From Bacillaceae bacterium (GTDB taxonomy: Bacteria; Bacillota; Bacilli; JACDOE01): a DNA stretch of 64,000 nucleotides. Below the pieces are notes generated by a model, which saw only the letters and a program-made list of their open reading frames with translations, ran no database searches and was not told where the DNA came from. Below are positions 20,108-29,722 of the stretch, in pieces. The stretch's first letter is position 1, and every line of letters starts with the position of its first letter. The position numbers were made by a program, and so were the translations under genes. The DNA lies in the NCBI GenBank assembly GCA_017656255.1, contig JACDOE010000001.1, positions 497,205-561,204 of the forward strand, read 5' to 3'.

Positions 20108-20854
20108 ATGGTCATGGCCTTTTTTTCTGTCACAATTGAAGGGGATCATTTCCGTGCCTTTACGGCCCCTCATCTCGTGGTGTTAATGATAACGGTCATT
20201 CTCATGCTGATACTTTATCGCTTTCGACTGCTGCTTCGTAAAAAGTCTCTATATAAAAACGGGCTTAGATATGGCATTGCCGCCGTTTTACTCGGAAGCG
20301 AACTTTCCTTATATATCTGGTACACTTATACCGGAAGCTGGAACCCGGCCAATACTTTGCCTCTTCAACTCTGTAGCATCAGTCTTTATTTATCTGTATT
20401 CATGCTTTTGACCGGCAGTTACCGTGTGTATGAAATAACTTATTTCATCGGGCTGGCCGGAGCCACACAGGCCATGTTGACGCCGGATCTGGCATATCCT
20501 TATCCTCACTACCGATTTTTTCATTTTTTCATTGGACATATAGCCATTATCCTGGCGAGTCTTTTCATGACCTGGGTGGAAGGTTATAAACCGCAACTGA
20601 TATCTATCGTCAAAACCCTAATCTTTTTAAATTTTGCTGCCTTTGTGGTGATTATTGCCAATCATCTGACCGGCGGCAACTATATGTTTCTGACTGAAAA
20701 ACCGGCCAATCCCAGCCTGCTTGATTTTCTGGGACCACACCCCTGGTATATTGTGAGTCTGGAGGGTCTGGCGCTGATCATCTGCCTGTTGTTATATCTT
20801 CCTTTTTATTTGCAAAAAGAAAGGCAGGAAATTCGGTACTGCATCAATAAATGA
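20108..20854 (+). CDS. Polytopic integral membrane protein (YwaF/TIGR02206-like family)
   Basis: LPLQLCSI motif and 7-8 predicted TM helices. Confidence 0.5.
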   Translation: MVMAFFSVTIEGDHFRAFTAPHLVVLMITVILMLILYRFRLLLRKKSLYKNGLRYGIAAVLLGSELSLYIWYTYTGSWNPANTLPLQLCSISLYLSVFMLLTGSYRVYEITYFIGLAGATQAMLTPDLAYPYPHYRFFHFFIGHIAIILASLFMTWVEGYKPQLISIVKTLIFLNFAAFVVIIANHLTGGNYMFLTEKPANPSLLDFLGPHPWYIVSLEGLALIICLLLYLPFYLQKERQEIRYCINK

Positions 20855-20885
20855 TATAAGAACGATGAAACAGGAGGATTCATAC

Positions 20886-21845
20886 ATGCTTGAAAATCAT
20901 ACACCGATACATAAATTAAGTGAAGGAGACGAAATCATTCAGTTTTTTATGGTCAAAAAATCTGAAACCAAGCAGGCACGTAACGGAAGCTGGTTCCTCG
21001 ACCTTGTGCTGGCCGATAAAACGGGAGAAATCAATGCCAAACTCTGGGATCAACAACCGGATGCCCATCTTCAGTATCAGGTGGGCACTATTATCAAGGT
21101 CAAGGCAAGAGTGGACAAGTTTCAGGATAATCTGCAACTGCAGATTCAGAAAATCCGGCCTGCAGCCCCGGATGATGGAGTGGAAGCTCACGATCTTGTG
21201 AAGACATCTCCGGTTCCGACGGAAGAACTGTGGGAAACACTGCATCACTATATCCAGTCCATTGAATCTCCAGGGGTCAGAAATATTGTGAACCACCTGG
21301 TCCAGGAAAAAGGGGAAGCGATGAAAACATGGCCGGCTGCTAAAAATTTTCACCACAATTATTTTTCCGGATTGCTCTATCATACCTGCAATATGTTGAA
21401 ACTGGCGGAACAGTGCCTGCGTGTCTATCCTTTCCTCAATCAGGATCTGTTAATCGGCGGTGTTATTCTGCATGATCTGGGTAAAATCTCCGAGATGGAA
21501 GCGGAGATGGGGATGGTGAAAGACTACAGTACACGTGGTAAAATGATCGGTCATATTACGGAAGCCATCCTCTGGGTAGAAAGGGCGGCATCCGAACTGG
21601 GCATAGACGGGGAGGAAGTGATGCTCCTGCAGCATATGATTGCATCCCATCACGGGAAAATGGAATACGGATCGCCGGTCACACCGAAAATTCCGGAAGC
21701 GGAAGTTTTGCACTGGCTGGACATGATGGACAGCCGGATGGGAGCGGTGGAAGATGCGATTCTGACACGAAAACCGGGAGAAAGCTGGACGGAGCGAATC
21801 CGTATCCTGGGAACGGAAATGTACAAGTCCGACCACGCTGGCTAA
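20886..21845 (+). CDS. yhaM: 3'-5' exoribonuclease YhaM (OB-fold plus HD domain)
   Basis: N-terminal OB-fold (GEINAKLWD). HD-domain motifs (ILHDLGK, HMIASHHG). AGGAGG RBS 8 nt upstream of the ATG at 20886. Confidence 0.75.
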   Translation: MLENHTPIHKLSEGDEIIQFFMVKKSETKQARNGSWFLDLVLADKTGEINAKLWDQQPDAHLQYQVGTIIKVKARVDKFQDNLQLQIQKIRPAAPDDGVEAHDLVKTSPVPTEELWETLHHYIQSIESPGVRNIVNHLVQEKGEAMKTWPAAKNFHHNYFSGLLYHTCNMLKLAEQCLRVYPFLNQDLLIGGVILHDLGKISEMEAEMGMVKDYSTRGKMIGHITEAILWVERAASELGIDGEEVMLLQHMIASHHGKMEYGSPVTPKIPEAEVLHWLDMMDSRMGAVEDAILTRKPGESWTERIRILGTEMYKSDHAG

Positions 21846-21863
21846 AATTAGTCAATAGGGGTT

Positions 21864-21896
21864 AAGCCTGCTGTTTTAAACGGCAGGCTTTTTTTA
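21864..21896 (+). terminator. Intrinsic terminator after yhaM
   Basis: aagcctgctg-ttttaaa-cggcaggcttttttt. Confidence 0.75.
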
Positions 21897-21968
21897 GTGG
21901 ACAAATCGTGACACATTTTTTAAAAGTATTTGACAAATTTATGTTAAATGACAGGATCCGGGTTGCTT

Positions 21969-21984
21969 TGTGATAAAAATCACA
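21969..21984 (+). promoter_or_regulatory. TGTGA-N6-TCACA palindrome (Fnr/Crp-family or Rex-type operator) upstream of the ba3 oxidase operon
   Basis: ttTGTGAtaaaaaTCACAtt. Matches the B. subtilis Fnr consensus TGTGA-N6-TCACA and resembles the Rex box TTGTGAA-N4-TTCACAA. A TAGAAT -10-like hexamer lies ~20 nt downstream. Confidence 0.5.
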
Positions 21985-22037
21985 TTTATTCGGAGCGCCC
22001 TTCTATAGAATGAGTCATGAAAAGGAGGGAGGAACAC

Positions 22038-22202
22038 ATGGCTCAAACAGGTCTGGAACAAAAAAAGTTGGTGCAGGACCAGCAGGAAAAGACTGAGCAA
22101 CAGATGGCTCTCAAAGGTACTCTGGCATCGGTCATGATCCTGGGTGCTCTGATCGTCATTTCCTGGTTCGCGATGTTTGCCCTGTTTATGTCAAGACAAT
22201 AA
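22038..22202 (+). CDS. Small single-TM subunit of ba3-type cytochrome c oxidase (subunit IIa/CbaD-like)
   Basis: 54-aa protein with one TM helix. AGGAGGGAGG RBS. Immediately upstream of the oxidase subunit II and I genes. Confidence 0.5.
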   Translation: MAQTGLEQKKLVQDQQEKTEQQMALKGTLASVMILGALIVISWFAMFALFMSRQ

Positions 22203-22226
22203 AAAGCGTAAAGGGGAGCATGTCTT

Positions 22227-22721
22227 ATGCATTTACACAAGTATGAACGAATCTGGCTCATGTTTGGTGGTGCAAGTCTGGTTGTATTTCTTGCTGTCAT
22301 CGGGATAACAGCTTTTTTCATGGGAGATCAACCTCCCAGTGGCGCTTTTTGTGCACCGGTATTCGCCAATGCCGACACGGTTGACCCGGAAAAAGTGACC
22401 GAAACACCACCATTTAATGAACCGGGTATAAAGAAAGTCGGGGAAAACCAGTACGTGGTGACTATGGTTGCTTATTCATTTGGTTTTCAGCCCAGCAATA
22501 TTGAGATTCCTGCCGGTGCAGAAGTTTATTTTCAGGTCACCAGTAAAGACGTGGTTCACGGATTCGAAATACCGGGAACCAATGTCAACATGATGATTAC
22601 ACCCGGTTATGTCAACACGATCCGATATACATTTGACGAACCCGGAAATTATCTAATTCTTTGTAACGAGTACTGTGGTGTGGGACACCAGTTTATGAGT
22701 ACAACGGTGGAGGTGAAATAG
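22227..22721 (+). CDS. cbaB: ba3-type cytochrome c oxidase subunit II (CuA cupredoxin)
   Basis: CuA ligands HGF...CNEYCGVGHQFM. Single N-terminal TM helix. ~160 aa, typical of ba3-type subunit II. Confidence 0.8.
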   Translation: MHLHKYERIWLMFGGASLVVFLAVIGITAFFMGDQPPSGAFCAPVFANADTVDPEKVTETPPFNEPGIKKVGENQYVVTMVAYSFGFQPSNIEIPAGAEVYFQVTSKDVVHGFEIPGTNVNMMITPGYVNTIRYTFDEPGNYLILCNEYCGVGHQFMSTTVEVK

Positions 22722-22722
22722 G

Positions 22723-24372
22723 ATGAATACAAGAAAATCTGTACTGGACGTTCGTGATGCAAATTTGAGTATGGCGCATATGTATGCCGGTTATGCGGCG
22801 GTGTTTATCGGGGCTATCGCTGGATTGCTCCAGGGACTGGTTCGCGGCGGATTGATTGAGTTGCCGGCCGGCATCGGCTATTATCAACTGTTGACGGCCC
22901 ACGGTATTTTGCTGGCACTGGTATTTACTACATATTTTATCATCGGTTTCTTCTTCTCGGGCATGAGTAAGAACATGGGGTCCCTCTATGATGGTCCGAG
23001 AAAGGCCGGATGGGCCGGTTTCTACATTATGACGGCAGGTGTTATCCTGACCACGATTATGGTGCTACTAAATGAAGGTACCGTTCTATACACCTTCTAC
23101 GCTCCGTTACAGGCGTCTCCGTATTTTTATATCGGCCTGACGCTTGTGGTAGTAGGAAGCTGGATTAGCGGTTATGCCATGTTCGGCCAGTTGTATAAGT
23201 GGAAGAAAGAGAACAGGGGCAAAGTTTCTCCTTTGTTCAGTTACCTTGCTGTGGTGACTATGCTGTTATGGCAGATTGCCACGCTCGGTGTCGCGGCTAC
23301 TGTATTGTTCCAGTTTATCCCGTGGTCATTCGGTTGGGTAGAGAAAATTGATGTGTTGCTCAGCCGTACGCTGTTCTGGTATTTCGGTCACCCGCTGGTT
23401 TATTTCTGGTTGTTGCCTGCCTATGTCGGCTGGTATGTGATTATACCCAAAATCATCGGCGGCAAAATTTTCAGCGATTCCCTGGCACGGCTTGCCTTTA
23501 TTCTGTTCCTGATCTTTTCCATGCCGGTCGGCTTTCACCATCAATTGCTGGAGCCCGGTATTTCACCCTTCTGGAAGTACCTGCAGGTTGTGCTGACGTT
23601 TATGGTTATTATTCCGTCATTGATGACGGCATTCGCCATGTTCGCCACATTTGAAACAGCAGGGCGGATGAAAGGGTCAACCGGATTATTCGGCTGGTTT
23701 AAAAAATTGCCCTGGAGTGATGTGAGATTTTTCGCGCCGATGATGGGAATGTTGATCTTCATCCCCGGTGGAATCGGCGGGATTGTCAATGCGAGTCACC
23801 AGATCAACCAGATGGTGCATAACACCCTGTTCATTACCGGGCATTTTCACCTGACCGTAGCGACCACGGTTGTTGTCAGTTTCTTTGGATTCACCTACTG
23901 GCTGGTGCCGGTTCTGACCGGTCGCAAATTAACTGCTAAAATGAACAAACTGGGCATTGTTCAAACCCTTTTGTGGATCGTCGGTATGTTAATTATGTCT
24001 ACAGCAATGCATACGGTTGGTCTTCTGGGATCACCGAGAAGAACAGCGTTTACGACCTATCAGGATCATCCGGATGCGGTGATGTGGATGCCGTATCACG
24101 TTGTGATGGCCATCGGTGGAGTCATCCTGTTCATCGCAGCCATGTTGATGATTTACAACTTCATCTATCTGGCATTCTTTGCACCGCGTGGTGTGGAAGA
24201 ATATCCGATGGGTGAAGTGGCCAATGAGGCTGAAAAAACACCGATGATTCTGGAAAACTGGAAAATCTGGATTGGTGTTTCGGCAGCCCTGATTCTGATC
24301 GCTTACACCGTCCCTTTGATCGGAATTATCGAGAATTCACCGCCTGGTTCACCGCCGTATCGATTCTGGTAA
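22723..24372 (+). CDS. cbaA: ba3-type cytochrome c oxidase subunit I
   Basis: 549-aa heme-copper oxidase subunit I with 12+ TM helices and conserved His ligands (HHQ, HFH). Coupled 1 nt after the subunit II stop. Confidence 0.8.
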   Translation: MNTRKSVLDVRDANLSMAHMYAGYAAVFIGAIAGLLQGLVRGGLIELPAGIGYYQLLTAHGILLALVFTTYFIIGFFFSGMSKNMGSLYDGPRKAGWAGFYIMTAGVILTTIMVLLNEGTVLYTFYAPLQASPYFYIGLTLVVVGSWISGYAMFGQLYKWKKENRGKVSPLFSYLAVVTMLLWQIATLGVAATVLFQFIPWSFGWVEKIDVLLSRTLFWYFGHPLVYFWLLPAYVGWYVIIPKIIGGKIFSDSLARLAFILFLIFSMPVGFHHQLLEPGISPFWKYLQVVLTFMVIIPSLMTAFAMFATFETAGRMKGSTGLFGWFKKLPWSDVRFFAPMMGMLIFIPGGIGGIVNASHQINQMVHNTLFITGHFHLTVATTVVVSFFGFTYWLVPVLTGRKLTAKMNKLGIVQTLLWIVGMLIMSTAMHTVGLLGSPRRTAFTTYQDHPDAVMWMPYHVVMAIGGVILFIAAMLMIYNFIYLAFFAPRGVEEYPMGEVANEAEKTPMILENWKIWIGVSAALILIAYTVPLIGIIENSPPGSPPYRFW

Positions 24373-24378
24373 TCCCCC

Positions 24379-24420
24379 CAAACTCCCTTTTGCCGGATTA
24401 AACCGGCAGGAGGGAGTATT
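24379..24420 (+). terminator. Probable intrinsic terminator after the oxidase operon
   Basis: ctccct-tttgccggattaaaccggcagg-agggag then tatttt. Confidence 0.5.
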
Positions 24421-24455
24421 TTAATGCGCGAATACAGAAAGGATAAACATAAAGC

Positions 24456-24731
24456 GTGAAGGGAGCAAATGAGGTGGATAAAAAGAAATTCAGACTGGAA
24501 GCGAAATTCGCCGAATATCTGGATAATCAGAAATTGAAGGAAAAAGACCTGAAAAAGAAGGCTTTGAAACATTTATCTCCCCGCTGGGAAATCCGGACGA
24601 TGACCGAACGGGATCCCATTGTGGAAGAGACGCATGAAGTCCGCAAATATGTAAAAGAAGTGGATGATCGTTATGATACATATTTGAAACAGGCAAAATC
24701 TAAACCAGATCGGGACCAGGATGACAAATGA
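24456..24731 (+). CDS. Hypothetical Lys/Glu-rich protein
   Basis: Start ambiguous (ATG 24456 or GTG 24474 after AAGGGAG). No recognisable domain. Confidence 0.4.
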   Translation: MKGANEVDKKKFRLEAKFAEYLDNQKLKEKDLKKKALKHLSPRWEIRTMTERDPIVEETHEVRKYVKEVDDRYDTYLKQAKSKPDRDQDDK

Positions 24732-24825
24732 AGACGTCTGCGGCACCTTATTTTTTGCGTAATCATGGAAATAGAGGGTAAAATATGTTGTAACGAAAAC
24801 ATCGTAATTAAAGGAGTTTTCACCT

Positions 24826-26907
24826 ATGACACATGAGAAAAATGAAGAACAAAAAAGGGCGAATCGGCTGATTGACGAAAAAAGCCCTTACCTGTTGCAA
24901 CATGCCTACAACCCCGTCAACTGGTACCCCTGGGATGAAGAAGCCTTTGAAAAAGCCAAAAAAGAACATAAACCGATCTTTCTGAGTATCGGATATTCCA
25001 CCTGTCACTGGTGCCACGTGATGGAGAGGGAATCCTTTGAAGATGAAGACGTGGCGAAGGTGTTAAACGACGGATTTGTATCGATTAAAGTAGACCGGGA
25101 AGAGAGACCGGATATCGACACCCTTTATATGTCGGTGTGCCAGGCCATGACCGGTCAGGGAGGGTGGCCGCTCACCATCATCATGACTCCGGACAAGAAA
25201 CCGTTTTTTGCCGGCACGTACTTTCCGAAGGAAGATAAATGGGGAAGACCCGGTTTGATTTCAGTCCTCAATCAAGCTCTGGAAAAATGGGAAAATGAAC
25301 ATGACAAAATTCAGCGAATCAGCGATAAAATTACCACCATTCTGGAGCCCCGTCTCTCGGCTTCTTCGAGGGGAGAACTGGATAAATCCAGCCTGAATCA
25401 GGCTTACGAACGTTATCTGCAAACCTTCGACGCCACTTATGGTGGATTCGGGCAGGCGCCTAAATTTCCCACACCTCACAACCTGATGTTTTTATTGCGC
25501 CACTGGAAGTTAACCGGAGAAGAAAAAGCGCTGGCCATGGTGGAAAAAACATTGGACGCCATGTACCGAGGAGGCATTTACGACCATATCGGTTACGGAT
25601 TTGCCCGATATTCCACAGATGAAAAATGGCTGGTGCCCCATTTTGAAAAAATGTTATATGATAATGCCCTGCTTGCTATCACCTATATCGAAGCCTATCA
25701 GGCTACCGGCAAGACTTTTTACGCCAGGGTTGCAGAAGAAATCTTTACCTATATTCTGCGGGATATGACCGACCCGGAAGGGGCGTTTTATTCGGCAGAA
25801 GATGCCGATTCAGAAGGAGTAGAGGGAAAATTCTATGTCTGGACACCGGATGAAGTAAAGCGTATTCTCGGTGAAACGGATGGCGAATTGTTCTGTGACT
25901 ATTACAACATCTCACCCGGCGGTAATTTTGAGGGTAAAAACATTCCCAATCTGATTCAACAGGATCTGGATACGTTTCATAAAAAAGCGGGAATAAACCG
26001 GGAAGAATGGGAAAACAAACTCTCCATACTGAGGCAGAAAATATTTGAACAGCGTGAAAAACGGGTTCATCCCCATAAGGACGATAAAATCTTGACTTCA
26101 TGGAATGGATTAATGATCGCAGCCCTGGCACGGGGAGGAAAAGTACTTGACCGCCCCGAATGGATTGATGCAGCTGCGAGGGCAAAAGATTTTATACTTG
26201 AACATTTGATTCGTGAAGATGGAAGACTATTGGCCCGTTACCGGGATGGAGAGGCTGCTTTTCCCGGCTACATTGACGACTATGCTTTTTTCATCTGGGG
26301 GCTTATCGAACTATATGAAGCCGGTTATCAGATTCGTGATTTACAGAATGCTGCTGAGTTGCAACGCAGGATGATCGATATATTCTGGGATTCAGAAAAT
26401 GGCGGTTTCTTCTTTTATGGCCGAGACAGTGAACAATTGTTTGCAAGACCAAAAGAGATCTATGACGGTGCCACACCATCCGGAAATTCCGTAGCCGCTC
26501 TCAATCTTCTCAAAATGTCCAGATTGACTGGTGATTCTGATTTTGAAAAGACGGCCGAAGAACAGATGAAGGCTTTTGCCGGTGATATCCAGGAACACCC
26601 TCCTGCCCATTCCTATTTTTTGATGGCTCTTCAATTTGCGTTATATCCGACACGAGAGATTGTGATCGCAGGTGAACGAAACCATCAAGATACACGGGAT
26701 ATGATCAGAGCCATTCATAAAATGTTTTTGCCCCAGGCGGTTACACTGCTGAATCCTGCGGGTGAGACGACAGATCTGACCGAGCTGGTTCCGTTTGTCA
26801 AGGACCAGACGCAGCGGGATGGAAAGGCGACAGCCTATGTATGTGAAAACTTTGCCTGTCAGTCTCCGGTCACTGAACTGGAACGTTTAAAAAAACAGTT
26901 AACCTGA
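24826..26907 (+). CDS. Thioredoxin-domain protein YyaL-like (DUF255 plus six-hairpin glycosidase-like/N-acylglucosamine 2-epimerase-like domain)
   Basis: Thioredoxin-like CHWCHVME motif in the first 70 aa, then a ~550-aa alpha/alpha-toroid region. Size and order match the YyaL/SPATA20 family. Confidence 0.75.
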   Translation: MTHEKNEEQKRANRLIDEKSPYLLQHAYNPVNWYPWDEEAFEKAKKEHKPIFLSIGYSTCHWCHVMERESFEDEDVAKVLNDGFVSIKVDREERPDIDTLYMSVCQAMTGQGGWPLTIIMTPDKKPFFAGTYFPKEDKWGRPGLISVLNQALEKWENEHDKIQRISDKITTILEPRLSASSRGELDKSSLNQAYERYLQTFDATYGGFGQAPKFPTPHNLMFLLRHWKLTGEEKALAMVEKTLDAMYRGGIYDHIGYGFARYSTDEKWLVPHFEKMLYDNALLAITYIEAYQATGKTFYARVAEEIFTYILRDMTDPEGAFYSAEDADSEGVEGKFYVWTPDEVKRILGETDGELFCDYYNISPGGNFEGKNIPNLIQQDLDTFHKKAGINREEWENKLSILRQKIFEQREKRVHPHKDDKILTSWNGLMIAALARGGKVLDRPEWIDAAARAKDFILEHLIREDGRLLARYRDGEAAFPGYIDDYAFFIWGLIELYEAGYQIRDLQNAAELQRRMIDIFWDSENGGFFFYGRDSEQLFARPKEIYDGATPSGNSVAALNLLKMSRLTGDSDFEKTAEEQMKAFAGDIQEHPPAHSYFLMALQFALYPTREIVIAGERNHQDTRDMIRAIHKMFLPQAVTLLNPAGETTDLTELVPFVKDQTQRDGKATAYVCENFACQSPVTELERLKKQLT

Positions 26908-26967
26908 TTTCCCATTTCCCGGGCAAGCGCAGAATCCGATAAAATACGGCAGTTTCGTCGATTTATG

Positions 26968-27005
26968 AAAAACCAGCTGTGTTCATGCTGGTTTTTCTTT
27001 TTTTA
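26968..27005 (+). terminator. Intrinsic terminator after the yyaL-like gene
   Basis: aaaccagc-tgtgttcat-gctggttt then ttcttttttt. Confidence 0.75.
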
Positions 27006-27252
27006 AAAAAGGATTTTTAACGAAAATGTCAAACTTTTAGTTATAGCCGGTATAAAGGGAGTGATGCTGTGGCTTTTTGCAGTCCAAAAGCTTGGATTTA
27101 CCCTATTGTCGGAACGTTATACATATATTTTAAACAGTTGTTTAAATCAGATGGTTTAAACAGAGAGCTGATACAGCACTGGATTCCATCCCGTTAAATA
27201 AGGCTCCTTTAAATGTAGCAGTTCATCACGAACCAAGGATGGAGGATATCAA

Positions 27253-27441
27253 ATGTTGTTGATGGGATTCATCAGTAACGAAGGGCTGATACTCCAGTTT
27301 TTCATTTTTGGAATCATTGGCCGTGCATTTTTAAAGGATTCTTCTATTGCTTTTGTATTTTGGACGGATCTCTTTTTTGTGGCATCCTTCATTTTACTAG
27401 TGGTCTGGATTTTTAAAAAAATTGCCGGTGGCAAAGATTAG
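27253..27441 (+). CDS. Small two-TM membrane protein (62 aa)
   Basis: GGAGG RBS 7 nt upstream. Strongly hydrophobic. Confidence 0.45.
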   Translation: MLLMGFISNEGLILQFFIFGIIGRAFLKDSSIAFVFWTDLFFVASFILLVVWIFKKIAGGKD

Positions 27442-27557
27442 CCGGGCTGGTTTTAAACGTTCTGTTAAAAGAAATCTTTACACCTTGATTATGATCACAT
27501 GGAACAGTACAATAATGAAGGACTTTTTTAACAACAGACTGAAATGAGGGATACCAG

Positions 27558-28004
27558 ATGAAGATATCCGCAAAAAAAAAGACATGGGGGTCTGTGTTAT
27601 TAATACTCACAGTTATCATCAGCGGGTGTTCCGGTGAACAAACTCCTGATGCAGTTCATAAGCCGTTGCCGGATTATCTGAGGGTTTCAACACAGGTGGA
27701 AGACATGTATCTTGCTGCAGCGAACCATGCTCAAGTGCTTGAATACATGCCCTGTTACTGCGGTTGTGAAGATGTTGGACATACATCCAATTATGACTGC
27801 TTTGTACGGCAAGCGGGTGCAGATGGTACCGTGACAGAATGGGATCCCATGGGAGCAGGCTGAGGGATCTGTCAGAATATAGCGCGTGACGCTATTCAGA
27901 TGTATGAAGACGGAGAAGATTTATCGGAAATAAGACGTTATATCGAAAAAACCTATGCCGTTCCGGGAAAGGGAACGCCTACACCGGAACCGCCAACCTC
28001 TTAA
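27558..28004 (+). CDS. PCYCGC-motif lipoprotein with an in-frame TGA (27861-27863): candidate selenoprotein (UGIC motif) or disrupted gene
   Basis: Lipobox LTVIISGC. MPCYCGCEDVGH motif. The reading frame continues uninterrupted for 46 codons beyond the TGA (GICQNIARDAIQMYEDGEDLSEIRRYIEKTY...) to a TAA at 28002-28004. An intrinsic terminator follows only after that second stop. The ORF track stops at 27863. Confidence 0.45.
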
Positions 28005-28010
28005 TCACCG

Positions 28011-28046
28011 AAAGGCGACGGAACTTTGATTTCCGTTGCCTTTTTA
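28011..28046 (+). terminator. Intrinsic terminator after the extended PCYCGC ORF
   Basis: ggcgacggaa-ctttgat-ttccgttgcc then ttttt. Confidence 0.7.
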
Positions 28047-28102
28047 ATGTAGTGCCAGTCCGGATATACTAAGGTTGCAATTTAAATGAAAAGGAGTATG
28101 AC

Positions 28103-28690
28103 ATGGACTGGACACTGGAACGTTCCATTACAATCACAGCAGTCGCTGCAAGTCTCGTGGGAAGTTATTTTATCCTAAGACTGGACTGGAAACGTTATGG
28201 ATTGTTGTTCGTATTAAGCGGAATTGTTGGCAATATCCTCTGTTATCTATTCGTTATTTTTGGTTTTTACTCCTATCCTTATCGGATGTTTCCGCAGTTT
28301 GTCAACATGCCGATAATGGCTGTATTGACCGTGTTTCCATTTTATGTTTTGTTGGGAGTCAGATACAGCCCGCGTGAGTGGGCCTGGAAAATTCCTTTTT
28401 ACTGGGTGTTTGTACATGTGGGGATGCTCCTGGAAACCATTGCTCAGCATTTTACCGGATTGATTCGTTACGAGTTTGCGTGGGACGTCTGGGATTCCTA
28501 TACCTGGTGGTGGATATATTTGCTTGCTTTTGAATGGATCGGAGGACTAATCATACCGGATAGGGTGAGGAAGCCATTAAAGGTGGAATCATTTCGATAC
28601 GGCAGAGGTCTATGGGCGACCCTCCATTTTATTCTCATCATCACCATCTTTCTTGCTGGATTTTATCTGGGATGGCTAATCAGGGGGTAA
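28103..28690 (+). CDS. CBO0543-family-like integral membrane protein
   Basis: ~195-aa Trp-rich polytopic membrane protein. No catalytic motif. Confidence 0.45.
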   Translation: MDWTLERSITITAVAASLVGSYFILRLDWKRYGLLFVLSGIVGNILCYLFVIFGFYSYPYRMFPQFVNMPIMAVLTVFPFYVLLGVRYSPREWAWKIPFYWVFVHVGMLLETIAQHFTGLIRYEFAWDVWDSYTWWWIYLLAFEWIGGLIIPDRVRKPLKVESFRYGRGLWATLHFILIITIFLAGFYLGWLIRG

Positions 28691-28752
28691 TGAGATTTTT
28701 TCTTGATATTCCCTGCTTTATTAAATGCATCAAGTCAAATACTTAAAGTATC

Positions 28753-29595
28753 ATGAGCGAAACGAATGTCACCCTTCATAAATTTTCCAGTATCAATGGT
28801 GTACGCCTACACTATGTTGAAAAAGGAGAACCTTATCAGGATCCGCTACTGTTTATCCATGGTCTGGGAGCCTATTCTTATACCTGGCGTAAAAACCTGG
28901 GTCCTCTCAGTCGGCAATTTCATGTGATTGCTTTGGACCTGAAGGGATTCGGGTTTTCGGATAAACCGAGGGAACAGGGGTATTCTCTCTCTTCTCATAC
29001 GGAGTTGGTTCGGTCATTCATTGACAATCTGGGTGTGGCCCCGGTAAATATTGCAGGCAATTCCATGGGAGGTGAAATTGCTTTACGCCTGGCCGGGAGG
29101 TATCCGGATCGTGTCAATAAACTGGTTCTGATCGCACCGTCCTGTTTTATCACGCGGTTGCCGTATCATGCCTATGCCCTTCGTTATCTTCCTTACAAAC
29201 GATTTATCCGAACATGGTTGCGACATAAATACCTGAACAGCCGCCGCTTGTTTGAAGCTGTGAAAAATGCTTTTTATGACCGGAAAAGGATCAGTGAACA
29301 AGAAATCAAAAACTTTCTGCTACCCGTATTTCTGGATGGTTTTGACGAGGCTTTTATCCGGGTGGTTCGAGAGTTTGATTTTGGCAGGGACAAACATTTG
29401 TATCAAAAGATCAAGCATCCGTCTTTGATTATCGCGGGAGAGAAAGATCATGTGATTCCGTTATCACATCTGGAACGTCTCTGCCGTGAACTGGCAAACT
29501 CAAAGATTATTCGGATGAGAGAAACCGGTCATTTTCCGCACGAGGAAAGACATGAACAGGTGAATCAACTCATTTCAGATTTTATTGGTAAATAG
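28753..29595 (+). CDS. Alpha/beta-fold hydrolase
   Basis: HGLGAYSYTW ... GNSMGG nucleophile elbow, with a C-terminal His. Confidence 0.75.
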   Translation: MSETNVTLHKFSSINGVRLHYVEKGEPYQDPLLFIHGLGAYSYTWRKNLGPLSRQFHVIALDLKGFGFSDKPREQGYSLSSHTELVRSFIDNLGVAPVNIAGNSMGGEIALRLAGRYPDRVNKLVLIAPSCFITRLPYHAYALRYLPYKRFIRTWLRHKYLNSRRLFEAVKNAFYDRKRISEQEIKNFLLPVFLDGFDEAFIRVVREFDFGRDKHLYQKIKHPSLIIAGEKDHVIPLSHLERLCRELANSKIIRMRETGHFPHEERHEQVNQLISDFIGK

Positions 29596-29613
29596 GACAA
29601 AATGGTGAGCCGT

Positions 29614-29643
29614 AAACGCTCACTCTTTTTTAGTGTTGTTTAT
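29614..29643 (+). terminator. Intrinsic terminator
   Basis: ggtgagc-cgtaaac-gctcac then tcttttttt. Confidence 0.65.
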
Positions 29644-29722
29644 CTGTCACCATCGAATAAAAACTTTGACTTAAAACACATTAATATATACCGGCAGCGA
29701 GTATCTATTAAAGAGGGAATGA

